64,000 bases of DNA from Eledone cirrhosa (GCA_964016885.1 OZ024743.1:308140001-308204000), one strand, 5' to 3'. Positions 41,680 through 59,227 are shown, counted from the first letter of the stretch. Made by a program: numbers and translations. The notes: generated from the sequence alone by a model not told the origin.

Positions 41680-41731
<52 letters not shown>

Positions 41732-41741
41732 ATATGTATAC

Positions 41742-42028
<287 letters not shown>

Positions 42029-42701
42029 ACATACATATATGTATACATACATGTATACATTTATATATATGTGTGTGTGTGTGGCTGTTTGTGTGTGTGT
42101 TTGTTTGATATGAATGAATAGAGAAAATTTTGAGGCTTTTTTATTCTACAGTGGAATGTTGGGAGATAAACAAAGTATGAATTCATAGTTAAAAACATAT
42201 GTTATTATGAGTGGGAATTATAGATGTAAGGTGAGAGGTTGACATGCAGAAAAATACAGTTTATTAAGGACTAAAACTGACGGAGGTTATGTTGTGATAT
42301 CTAACTAAGTATTGAAGTATCTAAGGTGATGTATTAACAAAGTCATTAGAAAGTCGGATAGAATGGTTCGCTATATTAGCTCCGGATCTTTGCGCTCCGA
42401 GTTCAAATCTAGCTGATGTTGACTTTGTAATTTACCCCTTTCAAGGATGATAAATAAAGTAGCAGTACCGAGGTCGATTCTTCTTCTATATTTCTATCTT
42501 ATTTCCTCCCTTTTTCTCTCATTCTTTCTCTCGAAGAAATTGGTTGTGTTCAGATCTGGTGAGACATGAGCTCCGGCATGTAATACAATGACACCCCAAC
42601 GACTCCACAAGGAGTTATGGACTCTTCCACACACATACTTTCAAGTATCTCGCTGTTGTTATCATTGTGGTAGGCATATACAAGTGAACACCCCCACCCC
42701 G

Positions 42702-42743
<42 letters not shown>

Positions 42744-42754
42744 TATATATATAA

Positions 42755-42831
<77 letters not shown>

Positions 42832-43472
42832 AAACGACATCAATGCACTACTAAAAAACTACGCAACACGAACGGTATTATAGTAAAAGCAGACAAAACA
42901 TCAAACGTATACACCATGAGCCTCAACACATACAAGAATTGCACGAAAAATACAAAATAACAACTGAATCTGCACTCACTAGCATTAATAGGGAAGGACT
43001 AAGCATAGTAAAAAAAACTGAAAATATCCGATAGAACCGAGCCTCTAGCCCATTGTAACCCCACATTAACCTTAAGGATCACAAAAATAATTTTGAAGCA
43101 AACCCCACAATTAGATTAATATGCCCATCTAAGTAAGATATCGGCAGAATTAGCAAGTATATTCTAGATAGAGTAATCGCACAAATTAAGGACAAACTAG
43201 TAATTAAGCTATGGGATAACACTAACGAAGCAATAGACTGGTTCAGCAAAACAAGCAATAGAGAAAAATACAACTTCATACAATTCGACATAAATGACTA
43301 CTACTCATCCATTTCCCCAGTCACCCTGGGTAAAGCGCTAACCTTTTCCCAGAACAATTCGGACCTTACCTCAGATGAAATTAAAATAATACTAGCTGCT
43401 AGAAGGACTATCATTAAATTCGAAAATAATTACTGGGAACGAAAAAACAGACAGAATAGCTTCGATATCACA

Positions 43473-44243
43473 ATGGGATCTAACGACTCAGCGCAAATAA
43501 CAGACGTAGTGGGAATATATATAGCGCACAACTTACATAAGGAATTCAATAACCTCCAAGGAGGAATTTATAGAGACGATACGCTCCTTATAGCCAAAAA
43601 CTTAAATAATCAGAACATGGAAAGATTACGAAAAAACATCAGAATATTCTTCAAAAGACTAGGCCTAGGTATCACCTTCGAACTTAACTCTAAAAAAACA
43701 AATTTCTTAGATGTAACTCTCAACCTAAACACAGGACTAATAGAGCCCTTCCATAAGAATAACGAAAACCTAGCCTATATTAGTTACAACTCAAATCACA
43801 CCCGATCCATAATTAACTCCATAGGACATAGTATATCCCTCAGAATATCCAGCCTATCTTCGAACCTAGAAATGTTTAACGAACACGCAAACTATTATAA
43901 CTTAGCTTTACATAAGTCTGGACATAAGGAGAAGCTGCAATACATACTAGATAAAGACAACAACAACAAACCTAATGACAACAACACTACCCGCTCATAC
44001 AGAAATAACAAGCATAGGACTAAGCATAGAATTAGACAACGAGCACCAAAAATAACCGAACAGAACACTAATAATAGGAACCCCAAAAACTATAAAAGAA
44101 CCATAGAAAGAAAGTACCTATGGTTCAATCCGATTTTCAACTCCTCTATTAAAACTAAACTACCTTCTACATTCTTTAAACTAATAGATAACACTTCCCT
44201 ACACTACACAGATACCATAAAATCTTCAATAGAAAAACTATAA
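43473..44243 (+). pseudogene. PLE reverse transcriptase core and thumb (interrupted ORF)
   Basis: MGSNDSAQITDVVGIY...GGIYRDD...NFLDVTLNL...SNH. Upstream stop and downstream frameshift. Confidence 0.88.
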
Positions 44244-44489
44244 AACTTTCATACTCTACAGCAGCCAACTTAGAATCGCACATACGTAAGACCAACCACA
44301 AAAATATCTCAAAGGAATCTATCCTACCAACGCACACCGTAGCACCAAATACAAAACACAAACACATAACAACATCACAACCACAAACACATCAGGACGC
44401 ATCACAACAAACATTAATAGGCCTAAATCACAACCCACCCACAACAACTTACAAAATCGCAATGAAGAACATGCACAAAATAAAACCCC

Positions 44490-44967
44490 AAACTGTAATT
44501 GTCACCTACCAGATAAGTGCCCACTACGGAATAGATGCCTGAATTCGAGCATGGTATACCTGTGTACTCTGAATTCAGGCAACTCTACCTGGCACTACAT
44601 AGGTTCCACAGCTGGGGAGTTTAAAAAAAGGTGGTACGTCCACAGACACTTCATAAAAAACCGTGCACTGGAGAATTCTACAACGCTCGCCAATAAAATC
44701 TGGCAGCTTAAGGACAAAAACCTAGAATACAAGATTAGCTGGTCAAAATTATCGGCAGCAAAAGCCTACAGTAACGGTATGTCCCACTGCGGGCTCTGTA
44801 ATTTAGAACTGCTACATATTTTAAGGTACGATAAGATGCTGCTTAACAGCAAAATAGAAAGATCCATTTTTTGTAGGCATAAAATAGCTACTATATTTAC
44901 AAAACTTCAAGCCACCATGATTCGAACCAGCAATCCCAAAATTAGTACTGAACCACCTAGATTTTAA
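44490..44967 (+). pseudogene. PLE GIY-YIG endonuclease
   Basis: CNC....CPL...CL...VY...YIGST..FKKRW..H...STTLA..IW.LK...CGLCNLE...LLN...CRH. Confidence 0.88.
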
Positions 44968-45534
44968 CATATAGAATACATACTTTCACACTGCTATTAG
45001 CTATCATACTGCCAACCGATCACAAGACCATAAATCTCTGTACACTTATTCCACTCTCTCTCCATCAACCTCATTAAGTTAGAGCGACCAACATCTACAA
45101 CGAACGTTTATCAAATGACCTGTCAACCCATAAATAGTATACATCAATTAATCTCTATTTTATTGTTTTCTATTTTACCGGACCCTCCACATAAATTTAT
45201 CTACTTCTAAAATCTGGCCTCTCATGTCAAGGAACACTTTCTCAAGAACTACTAAAATCTAACTCTAAGTACACTATATAACTCTTTCATTTCTTTTATT
45301 TCCTTGTATTTTCCATTTCCTCATTTTCTTCTTCTTATTATTATTTTTTAATGTACCCTACATTGTATCTTACTTGTCACTTTTTACATCTGTAACTTCT
45401 CTATCTATTTACCATACATGTTTTATTATTGATGTTGTTTTAATTATACGCTGCTCTATTATTTATGTTACTGTTTTGTTTTACGCTACTCCTCTATATA
45501 AGTCTTGCCTCGAGTGAATTATTTTCATATCTAT

Positions 45535-45645
45535 GTGCTCTGATGTGTTGACAAGTGGCAAAAAATCTATTGGAGATCGATTGACGCAACCTCAAGCGAT
45601 TGGCGAACTCTAGACACACCTGATCAACGAAACAATTGTCAGTAC
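45535..45645 (+). ncRNA. HHR in PLE 3' UTR/pLTR (A9U, long stem II insert)
   Basis: GTGCT-CTGATGT-GTTGA...TCAAC-GAAA-CAATTG-TC-AGTAC. Confidence 0.7.
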
Positions 45646-45866
45646 TTTAAATAAAGCCCTTATTGTACAGCCAACAATGTTACTCTTCTTCCTTTAACTA
45701 TTATTACTCCAAGTATAACCTGCATAGAAATTACCGCGAACTCGCTGCATAACTATGGAAACATCTTGCTGAGTCAAACAAAGCCGTACGTTAAAACTAT
45801 CCACAACGTAGAGTACTCTAACCGGGTTACCTCCAACTGGATCACCTATAACGATAACTTGTTATC

Positions 45867-45906
<40 letters not shown>

Positions 45907-45955
45907 GATAACAAGTTATCGTTAATATATATACATATCGTTAATATATATATCG

Positions 45956-46011
<56 letters not shown>

Positions 46012-46133
46012 CGAGGTGAAGGGTTTTTTCTCTAGTATATATAGGTAGATTTCCGATGTTTATCGGGTGGTGACCACAGTTAATAAGGTAGTCAATACAT
46101 TAATAGAGTATAGGCATATATATATATATGTAT

Positions 46134-46170
<37 letters not shown>

Positions 46171-46178
46171 GGAGAGGG

Positions 46179-46218
<40 letters not shown>

Positions 46219-46347
46219 AGGCATATATATATATATAGACATATTTTATTATAGAAATGACTTCTACAGAAATAGAACTATTTCATTCGTAAGAAATAAT
46301 TAGGTGATGTCGCGTGTCTCTCTCTCTCTCTATATATATATATATAA

Positions 46348-46385
<38 letters not shown>

Positions 46386-46395
46386 CGGTGTGTTG

Positions 46396-46441
<46 letters not shown>

Positions 46442-47154
46442 GTATATATATATCTGTGTGCGGGTGTATATATATGTCTATATATACACCCGACGGGCTT
46501 CCGTGCGGATTCTGACTACCATATTTCACTCATCAGGTATAGGCCAATCGAAGGCTGTAATAGTTAAAGCCACCTTGTCCTATGTGCCACGTACTGGGAT
46601 TGATCCTAAAATAAATTCACTGCGAAGTGACGTCTTTAACCACAAACCCACGCGGGGAATTATGCTTGAAAAAATGAAATTAGAAATTAGAAGCAAACGT
46701 AATATGAGAAATCACTGCCTTTTTCCGCACAGTCACATGATGTATTTACGTTCATCAACACAGAAATATATAATATCATGTGATTATGAATAACTTTGTG
46801 TTTTTCTTATATTGCTCCACTTTTAATTCCACTTTACAACTATACACCCCCCCACACACACAAACACACACACACACAAACACACACAAACACACACACA
46901 CACATATATATATAATATATATATATAATATATATATATATATATAATATATATATATATAATAATTGTTTCTACTTTAGGCACAAGGCCAGCAATTAAC
47001 CAGTGCATTACTGGTACTTTATTTTATCGACCCCGTAAGGATGAAAGGCAAAGTCAACCTCGGCGGGATTTGAACTCAGATCGTAAAGGGATGTAACTAT
47101 GCTGGAAAGCATGGCGTCCGACCCTCTACCGATACTGCCAATCCACAATACTGG

Positions 47155-47242
<88 letters not shown>

Positions 47243-47769
47243 AAATATTGAATGTCACGTCAGCTTGGTTTTCAAGGTTAAATTCTAGTACACATTCTAT
47301 TCTAGAGACTTTTTTTATGTAATAGAATCGTATTTTTCATCATCATATATATACATACATATATACATATATACATATATATATATAACTGTAAGTCATT
47401 TGCCTTTAACTAGGACGCAAACAAACTAAACCAATCCCATGAAGCTAACCACAGATTCAAGTCATAATCCTAGAATCAACTCCATCCAACATGTACCTAG
47501 TGCAGCAGTTATAAATTAAATTGAAGACGTCATTTAAATAGTCCAGCCTAGCCTTCCTAGTGAGACACCAACCAGCCTAGCCTTCTTAGTGAGACACCAA
47601 CCAGCCTGCTCCACTTACTAGTATAGAGGCGACAGATGTCACCAGGCTGCAGCTAGCGTATTGTGTACTTTCTATATACTCTGCAGCGATAACTACCACA
47701 TTTCGTGATATATGTGTGTGTGAGAGTAAGAGTGAGAGAGAGACACTGTATTCTTCTCCTTCTTCGCCC

Positions 47770-48160
47770 ACTTATTCATCTGAAGGTCACGGGAGCAGAG
47801 TCCTTAGGCACGCCTTCCCGCTGATGCTGTCAGAGGCAACGGTCTGACCCGACCGTATCCCCCAAGCGAGACTCTCCGACTTCATGGATGTTATCCAACC
47901 ATCTTGCTCGGGATCTAGCGCTGCGTCACCTGCCGGTTTGTTGTGGCCGTAAAATCTGTCCAGCGATTCTTTCCACGTGCCCACAATATTGGTGCTGTAA
48001 TCACTCAATTCGGAGAAGTAGCGTCTCTACCTAGAACGACATCTTGGTCTCCGATTTACACACTCTATCAAGTAACGTTATTCCAAAGACCCTTCGGAGG
48101 GACCCCATTTCGATCGCTTGTATTAGTATTTGTATTCTTTCGGTCATTACTCAAGTGTTT
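47770..48160 (-). mobile_element. Decayed RTE LINE 3' fragment
   Basis: Homologous to 15010-15290. Confidence 0.75.
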
Positions 48161-49143
48161 TTCGGCACGAATACTGAATGAAGGGTTAGATCAGTCGACT
48201 GGAATTTGCAGACGACATGGTACTACTTAACTCATCGGAAGGTGATCTTCAACATTCACATAATAGCACATGTGACTGGGGCACCACGACTACTCCCACC
48301 TATACTACATCTCTAGAGGTGGCGAAACTATGGAAGTGACGGAATTTCATTGTCCTAAATTCCCGTAACACACCAATAGTTGCAGCAATAGGCTCAATGC
48401 CTATATGGTGCTAAGAATTCAGATTTCTGGCATACTTTGGCTTGAGAGAAAGAATGACAGATGAGAAGATCGCAAAAGAGATATCTGTAAATCATAGATT
48501 ATAGTGACAAACGCTTGTACAACACAAGTGCGAAACCGTGTTGGTGGTAGATGACTTCTGTTGATAACATTTACATACGAACATATCATTGACAGAGGTC
48601 GTGCCCCACCTTATGAACATATAATAACAAACCCTTGACTCATATAAAAGAAATAGCTGAGAGATTGGTTGCTTTAAAGTGTAGTATATATATATATACA
48701 GTGGCGGAGTGGCCAGGTTGCCTGGTTGTTGCCTAATGTCAAGTGGGCCGCAGGGGGCCCACGGTAGCATTGCAGGAGCTCACAGTAGCATTGCAGGACC
48801 CACTGTAGTATTTTAGGGGACAATGCTTTGCTTTCAAAAAATACCTGAAGAGAAAGAATAACATTTTTTAAAAATAAATAAAACAATTAAGCAAAGCATT
48901 TGGTCAACCAATTCCCCGGGGAATTAATAGAAACCAAAATATATGATAGTGCAAATAGCTTGAATCAGTGGTGTACATTCAACTAAATATAAAGCTTAGT
49001 TTATTCATTCATGCATGCAAACATACAAATATAGACTCACACTGCAAGGGATGTCAATATGAATGGACCTGTTATTTTTATCTAAAGACATTTTTTCCAA
49101 TTTTTTCCGCCCGTCCCGTCAATCTATCTTATTTCTCATTCTT

Positions 49144-49179
49144 TCTTCTGATGAAGGACTAGCGTCCGAAACGTTAAGA
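49144..49179 (+). ncRNA. Minimal type I HHR within 225-bp repeat (49043-49267)
   Basis: TCTT-CTGATGA-A-GGAC-TAGC-GTCC-GAAA-CG-TT-AAGA, with loopless palindromic stem III (ACGT). Confidence 0.8.
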
Positions 49180-49272
49180 CTCTCTTCCTGCTATATCAAG
49201 CATTAACCTAATATATCCCTTCCATATACTGTACCGATTGTATTGTAATTTTTGTTTACCTTTTACATACAT

Positions 49273-49380
<108 letters not shown>

Positions 49381-49410
49381 AAAGAATAGAGGTGTAACAC
49401 ACAAGTTATT

Positions 49411-49912
<502 letters not shown>

Positions 49913-49924
49913 TATATATATATA

Positions 49925-51666
49925 TATATGAAATATAAGAATCAAAGAACTGTTCAAAACATTATTGTGCTTACAGCTGTTTCCTCCAAACCGAGGTTTG
50001 GATTCTTCGGAGCAATTTATTAATGCATGGACAGTTATATGACCTCCTTTTCAGCCGAGAGACATACCGATACATATTCAAACATTGTGGGTCAACATTC
50101 ATTACAGAATTTAGAGTGGCAGTACACACTTCGAGATTACATTTATATTAAGAGGTACAATCAAAAAACAAAAATACAGGTTAAAATACAACATGAAGAT
50201 AAGCGGTTATATAGTGCAAATGTTATATGTGTGGCACGCATGTGCGTCTTGTTTATATAGTGTGGCAGAGAGATATGTGTGGTAGAGGCACTTAGGTAGG
50301 TAAACAAGAGTGTTAGGTTGGTAGATCTGGTGGCAAATTCTTTATATGATTGATATGGTCTGTGTGTGGAGAAATGTTATAAGCATTAAAAATAGTGCAA
50401 GCATTAAAAGTGTTAAAAGTATTGGAGATGCACAGCGAAGGGATGTCAAGTATTTCATGTACTTCGACATTTTCATGGTCAGGGGAGTGTATTTTTCGAT
50501 TATATGCCCCTCACATAATCCACGACAATTCGATATTGAGCGTTTGACAATCCAGTTAGAGATCGTAGTCTGGTGTCGTAGTCTGAGATCGTAGTCTGGT
50601 AAGTTCTTACCAGAGATCATTGGGTCCTGAAGCAATCCTGCAATCACCGCGCCTGGTCCTATGAGTAGACTACAACCACAGAGATCATTAATTTAGAATC
50701 CTCGCTCATCATCTATAATTTCCATTTGTGGCACCTTACGATGGGTTAATCCACCATAATAATATGATCACCTTCAGCATAACTTAATTAAACTACTCTA
50801 TAGTTAATACACTTTATGCTTTAAAAATATTTTTGGAGGATGCGCATCACCATAGAAATTAGGGTCTATATTGTGACACATTTTAATAGCTAGGTATAGA
50901 AACCCCGGAGTTACCTCCCCGCATGCATTAACTCCCCTTAGTCACACACACACTTCCGGGTGGTATTCAATGGCGTTTCTCGAAACGTAACAGTCTCCTG
51001 TATTGAACTAAAGAACACCAGACTACGATCTCTAACTGGATTGCCAAACGCTCAATATCGAATTGTCGTGGATTATGTGAGGGGCATATAATCGAAAAAT
51101 ACACTCCCCTGACCATGAAAATGTCGAAGTACATGAAATACTTGACATCCCTTCGCTGTGCATCTCCAATACTTTTAACACTTTTAATGCTTGCACTATT
51201 TTTAATGCTTATAACATTTCTCCACACACAGACCATATCAATCATATAAAGAATTTGCCACCAGATCTACCAACCTAACACTCTTGTTTACCTACCTAAG
51301 TGCCTCTACCACACATATCTCTCTGCCACACTATATAAACAAGACGCACATGCGTGCCACACATATAACATTTGCACTATATAACCGCTTATCTTCATGT
51401 TGTATTTTAACCTGTATTTTTGTTTTTTGATTGTACCTCTTAATATAAATGTAATCTCGAAGTGTGTACTGCCACTCTAAATTCTGTAATGAATGTTGAC
51501 CCACAATGTTTGAATATGTATCGGTATGTCTCTCGGCTGAAAAGGAGGTCATATAACTGTCCATGCATTAATAAATTGCTCCGAAGAATCCAAACCTCGG
51601 TTTGGAGGAAACAGCTGTAAGCACAATAATGTTTTGAACAGTTCTTTGATTCTTATATTTCATATA
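49925..51666. repeat. 652-bp inverted arms (49925-50576 / 51015-51666) of a PLE-like 3' end
   Basis: Near-identical ORFs on opposite strands. The arm encodes a GIY-YIG C-terminus-like LCEGHIIEKYTP and an HHR-like motif. Confidence 0.9.
51577..51623 (+). ncRNA. HHR variant (U4C), mirror copy at 49968-50014 (-)
   Basis: TGCT-CCGAAGA-aTCCAAAC-CTCG-GTTTGGAg-GAAA-CAGCTG-TA-AGCA. Confidence 0.65.
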
Positions 51667-51824
51667 ACTGCTCTGTAAATCATCTGATGTTTTTACATTG
51701 AGCTACTTAACTTACTGGTAATAAGGTAGTAATACATTACTGCCTACCACTATTTAGGGTGTGTGTAAAATACTTATAACTGCATAAGGTTTTGTATTTA
51801 CATAACCATAAATAGTATAACTAA

Positions 51825-51876
<52 letters not shown>

Positions 51877-51975
51877 TTACACTTACACACGAACTACTGA
51901 CCAAATAATGTTTGGTTTCAATGGGTTAAAGACATCTGTTAAATTTATTACTGGTGAAGGTGGTGTATATATATA

Positions 51976-52964
51976 CTAGCTGGCTCGTCCGGCTGGCGCC
52001 CGACTACGCATACCGGTATTTTATCTTTTCAGGAATCCTCCTCCACTCCAGTGCAAAGATACCGCACGCCCTCTCAAGTCAGCGAGGGGCGAGGGGAGGT
52101 GAGGGGGGGGGAACGTGCTCTGATGTTGGGTTTGAATAGTTTTTAGGATTCTCCAGTTCAGCAGCCAGTACGTTAAAGAAAATTGATAATTACAACAATA
52201 AAGGGAACAGAGAACAATAATTTGTACAACCATAATGAAAATTCCAAGTAACAGAAAATGCATAAATTACATTGTTAGAGCCTCAGAGTATTCAATATTT
52301 TTTGTTCGGCTCTCAGGAGCAAAGATGAAGAGATTGTTTGGCGAGCTCACCCTAGAGCATCCTACATACAATTGACCACGGGAGAAGCATGGTTTTCCCA
52401 AATGAAGGCCAGCCACTTTTAGGGTTTGACCCTGAGCTTTGTTGATGGTAATCGCGAAGCTTAGTATCTCTGTTGCTCTAGTAACATTTTTTCTTCTGAA
52501 AAATCTGATCTTGCGGCCAGGCTGGGACTTTTTGGGTGGCATATCGGCAGTAACAATGACGATAAGCTGTCTGTGCTTTCGTGAAATAAATACGTTTGTT
52601 TATATTTTGTTTTTGTGTATGCAAAAATATCTGTACACGAATATATAATTATATATATATATTAAAATAACAGATTAAACTTTAAGCAAAGAATCGCTGC
52701 TTTCACCCTTAACGGGATCTTCTGAAATTAAAAAAATCAATCCGTGAACGCAGAAGTAAATATTTCGAAAAACGTTGCAACCGAAGGAAAACAGGAAGAC
52801 GATACTTTGGTTCGTGAAGACGTTCCTTGGCAATGAACGGAAAAAGCGAAGATAATACGTCAGCAATGAGAACAATATTTGCTCTAGGGTTCTTATATAT
52901 TTGATATATATTTATCCTTATCGAGCCTTCTTTGGATCTTAGTCTTCACATTTGTTATTATTAC

Positions 52965-53036
<72 letters not shown>

Positions 53037-53504
53037 AATTATTGAGAGGGCGTGCGGTATCTTTGCACTGAATTTATTAAACATTGGGTAGAAGAGAAGT
53101 CAATGCAGATAGGCAGCCAGACAGACAGATATATATAGCGTGCGACGCAGACAGATATATATAGCGTGCGACGTTATAGCTATGTATCTAATGCAGACAG
53201 CCAGACATACAGAGACATATTATAAGGGCGCGGCGTTATAGTTATGTATCTATCTAAAAAGACAGACTAAGAAAGAGAGAGGAATGTCGTATAACCGGAA
53301 GTATTGACATTTGAACATTTTAAAGAAGTGAATATTTAAATAAATGACAAAATATGTTTAATCTTTTAACGAAATTTAGAAGACAAAAATACCCTCACTT
53401 TCTCACTTGGAAAAAGTTTCATCTATGGTGCAAATTTGGTGCTGTTTGGTCCAGCTGTTTGGCGAAGCGTTTGTTACATACATAGAGTAGTCAGCTTTAT
53501 AATG

Positions 53505-53505
<1 letters not shown>
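51976..53505 (-). mobile_element. Helitron deletion derivative retaining the helicase C-terminus
   Basis: CTAG|T 3' end at 51976 and a 5'-like ATTATAAAGCTGAC near 53500. Contains a PIF1-type helicase fragment. Confidence 0.7.
52267..52460 (-). pseudogene. Helitron RepHel PIF1-like helicase C-terminal fragment
   Basis: FAITINKAQGQTL...CFSRGQLYVGCSRV...TKNIEY.EAL. Confidence 0.9.
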
Positions 53506-53561
<56 letters not shown>

Positions 53562-53605
53562 TATAAAGATGTGCGAAAAACCACAGACCCTCCATCTCAA
53601 CTCTA

Positions 53606-53641
53606 CTTTTGAAAAGCAGAAGAACTGCGAAACCGGTAAAG
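53606..53641 (+). ncRNA. Minimal HHR, U3-A8 variant
   Basis: CTT-TTGAAAA-GCAG-AAGAA-CTGC-GAAA-CCGG-TA-AAG. Confidence 0.7.
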
Positions 53642-53754
53642 GAACCAAATAAATATATATATATATTTTTTTAAATAAGACTCCAGTTGCATTTTCGATT
53701 TCATCTTTTTTTCTTTATATATATATAGAGAGAGAGAGAGAGGGAGAGAGAGTG

Positions 53755-56089
<2,335 letters not shown>

Positions 56090-56526
56090 TACCCCCTCGT
56101 TATCGAGTATGGCCATTGCACAATATAACATTATTAATAATTATTAATTAATTGTTTCTACTTTAGGCACAAGGCCAGCAATTATTAATTAATGCTATCG
56201 CGCAATGCCTGTGCGTGAAGATTACTTTTAAAGTGAGGAAAGACTGTGCACTGAGCCAATCCCACTCTCTGAGAGACAGTAGCTATAACCCGAAAAGCAG
56301 AAAAGATCAACATCATCGGTAACTACAAAGCCGCAGGTTTTATGTCGGAGTTATCCCAGTTTCATGAGTTCCCTTCTCCTAGAAGAATGCCCTGACAAAG
56401 GCTAGGGGTCCTTCACTTTCAGTGGTTTAACCGCACGATCTGGTATCCAGCCCGACCATTTCTATGTCCCCGCGCATATACACATACACATACATATACA
56501 TACATATATATGTATACACACACACT

Positions 56527-56558
<32 letters not shown>

Positions 56559-56802
56559 CTGAGTGAGTGTGAAAGACCAAAAGTCATTATTGAAAGTCTC
56601 TGGATTTCGCAAAATACATTATATTTTTTATTGGAGCAGGTAAGATATTTTTCCGCAAAAATGTGATTGCACTGTATTGTTTCCACTTATGTATTTTTTG
56701 AAAATGCTATTTATTCATTATAAAAATTAAATGATAGCATTCTATATGTAGGTGGAGTCCCTTCATCTCCTGGCAACCAATATTTTTAGACCTAGTCCGC
56801 CA

Positions 56803-56923
<121 letters not shown>

Positions 56924-57267
56924 ATGCCAATCATTGTAAGTTTGAATCTGACATGCAAAAACATATATATATATGAATAAAGTAAGCCCAAATCATAGTA
57001 CACTCAAATATCACCGAAAGAAAGAGAGAGGGGGGGGGGGGAGAAATGAGGTCCAACAGAAATGAAACATGGATTACAGGTTAAAATATAGTCTAGATAG
57101 ATGAGAAACAAAACGAGGGTGTAGTTGATTGAACATCCAAATGGTTTAGAAGTCGACCTTAAGTAGGATCAATAACATTATGAAAGACATGGACGACACC
57201 CTGTCATTTTGTTTTGAAAATGTTGAAAGTAGGTTTATAAGTATGAATTTTCATAAGATTTTCGTAG

Positions 57268-57491
57268 TTGTCTCTGTGACCTAGTTGTAGGTAGTAGAGA
57301 CGGTGGAGATCCTGGCCTTGGGTTCAATCCTGGTCAAGGGGTACATGTAGTCATTTTCAGTTTTTTTTATTTTACAACCCATAGAAAAAAACTGAAAAGT
57401 TTTAGTGGGAACCCTGCTCCCGACCAGGATCGAACTTCAGACCAGGATCACCACCGCCTATGATTCCTCCAACTAGGCCACCAAGACAGCT

Positions 57492-57493
<2 letters not shown>
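57268..57493. other. Convergent pair of tRNA-like Pol III units, each followed by a T-run
   Basis: Plus strand: TGACCTAGTTG...GGTTCAATCC...TTTTTTTT. Minus strand: TGGCCTAGTTGG...GTTCGATCC...TTTTTTT. Confidence 0.6.
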
Positions 57494-57523
<30 letters not shown>

Positions 57524-57527
57524 ACAA

Positions 57528-57676
57528 ACACACGACAGCGTCTGTTGAATCAAGCAAAATTTTGGCTGCTTACTAAATCGTAGACATAAAAAGAAAACAC
57601 ACACACACACACACGACAGCGTCGGTTGAAGCAAGCAGAATTTTGGCTGCTTACTAAATCGTCGAGACATAAAAAT

Positions 57677-57717
<41 letters not shown>

Positions 57718-58070
57718 CAGCGTCGGTTGAAGCAAGCAGAATTTTGGCTGCTTACTAAATCGTAGACATAAAAAGATAACACACACACACACACACATAC
57801 ATACAAACACGACAGCGTCGGTTGAAGCAAGCAGAATTTTGGCTGCTTACTAAATCGTCGAGACATAAAAATATAACACACACACACACACACGACAGCG
57901 TCGGTTGAAGCAAGCAGAATTTTGGCTGCTTACTAAATCGTCGAGACATAAAAAGATAACACACACACACACATACATACAAACACACGACAGCGTCGGT
58001 TGAAGCAAGCAGAATGTTGGCTACTTACTAAATCGTAGAGACAAAAATATAACACACACACACACACACG
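57528..58070. repeat. Tandem repeat x6: about 70-bp core separated by variable (CA)n
   Basis: ACACGACAGCGTCGGTTGAAGCAAGCAGAATTTTGGCTGCTTACTAAATCGT repeated. Confidence 0.92.
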
Positions 58071-58359
58071 AGATAACACTACATGCGGCTTTGACCGGGA
58101 GGGTCATTTAGAGGGAATTGGGGGGAGCTGCACAGCCCCACTTTCCGCCATGGCGATTGGACTGCATGCCCTGCTTTCCAGGTTACCCTTCGCCATTGAT
58201 ATATATATATATACACTCACACACACACATATACATATATATATATATGGTAGATATGTGTATAACTATAGTAATAGGTGGTTCAACAGTTAAAGCACTC
58301 AATACTGTTATGAGAGTCAGTCATGTTTCCAGGGTTAAGACGACTGTAACGTGCAGGCT

Positions 58360-58738
<379 letters not shown>

Positions 58739-58826
58739 GGATCTAGCTGTCGAAACGGTCGGAGCTCAGCCATCGGGGACTTGACTCTTTTCCTATATAT
58801 ATGTATATATATATAGGGAGAGAGAC

Positions 58827-58862
<36 letters not shown>

Positions 58863-59015
58863 GTGATGATGTGTAATTTGTACAGATACAATAGCATATA
58901 TAAGCGGGTCCATTAATGCATATATCTGTCATAGGCTTGAAAGTCATCAGTGTATTAATCTAAACACTCCTGGTCATTAGAGTTATTTCGGACCTAGGTA
59001 TACGTGTGTGGATAT

Positions 59016-59129
<114 letters not shown>

Positions 59130-59166
59130 ATAAGAGGGGATAGAGAGAGAGAGAGAGAGAGGGGAT

Positions 59167-59227
<61 letters not shown>

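Larger units (their letters stand above)
40506..41685. repeat. Fold-back of a circularly permuted about 540-bp unit, HHR on both strands
   Basis: 40506-41000 is the reverse complement of 41104-41598. 40506-40563 repeats at 41046-41103, and 41104-41144 repeats at 41645-41685. Confidence 0.9.
42830..45870 (+). mobile_element. 5'-truncated Penelope-like retroelement (Naiad-type), flanked by (TA)n
   Basis: [16 protein letters not shown]...P..RLI.P.K.DIG.ISK, IQFDI..YY.SI, TMGS.D.A, GIYRDD and WFNP.F, then a GIY-YIG domain and a long AT-rich 3' UTR with an HHR. Confidence 0.9.

Noticed and set aside
42830-44967. Selenocysteine recoding as reported for some Naiad PLEs
   Set aside because: The in-frame stop I could place is TAA (about 43134), and the conserved Cys positions use TGT/TGC.
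48500-48555. HHR-like GTGACAA-stem-GAAAC...GTA (similar weak cases at about 1545, 6920, 14675, 59328 and 60413)
   Set aside because: The core or stems are too degenerate to call.
57528-58070. CRISPR-like repeat/spacer array
   Set aside because: Repeats are about 70 bp, spacers are only (CA)n, the context is eukaryotic and there are no cas genes.
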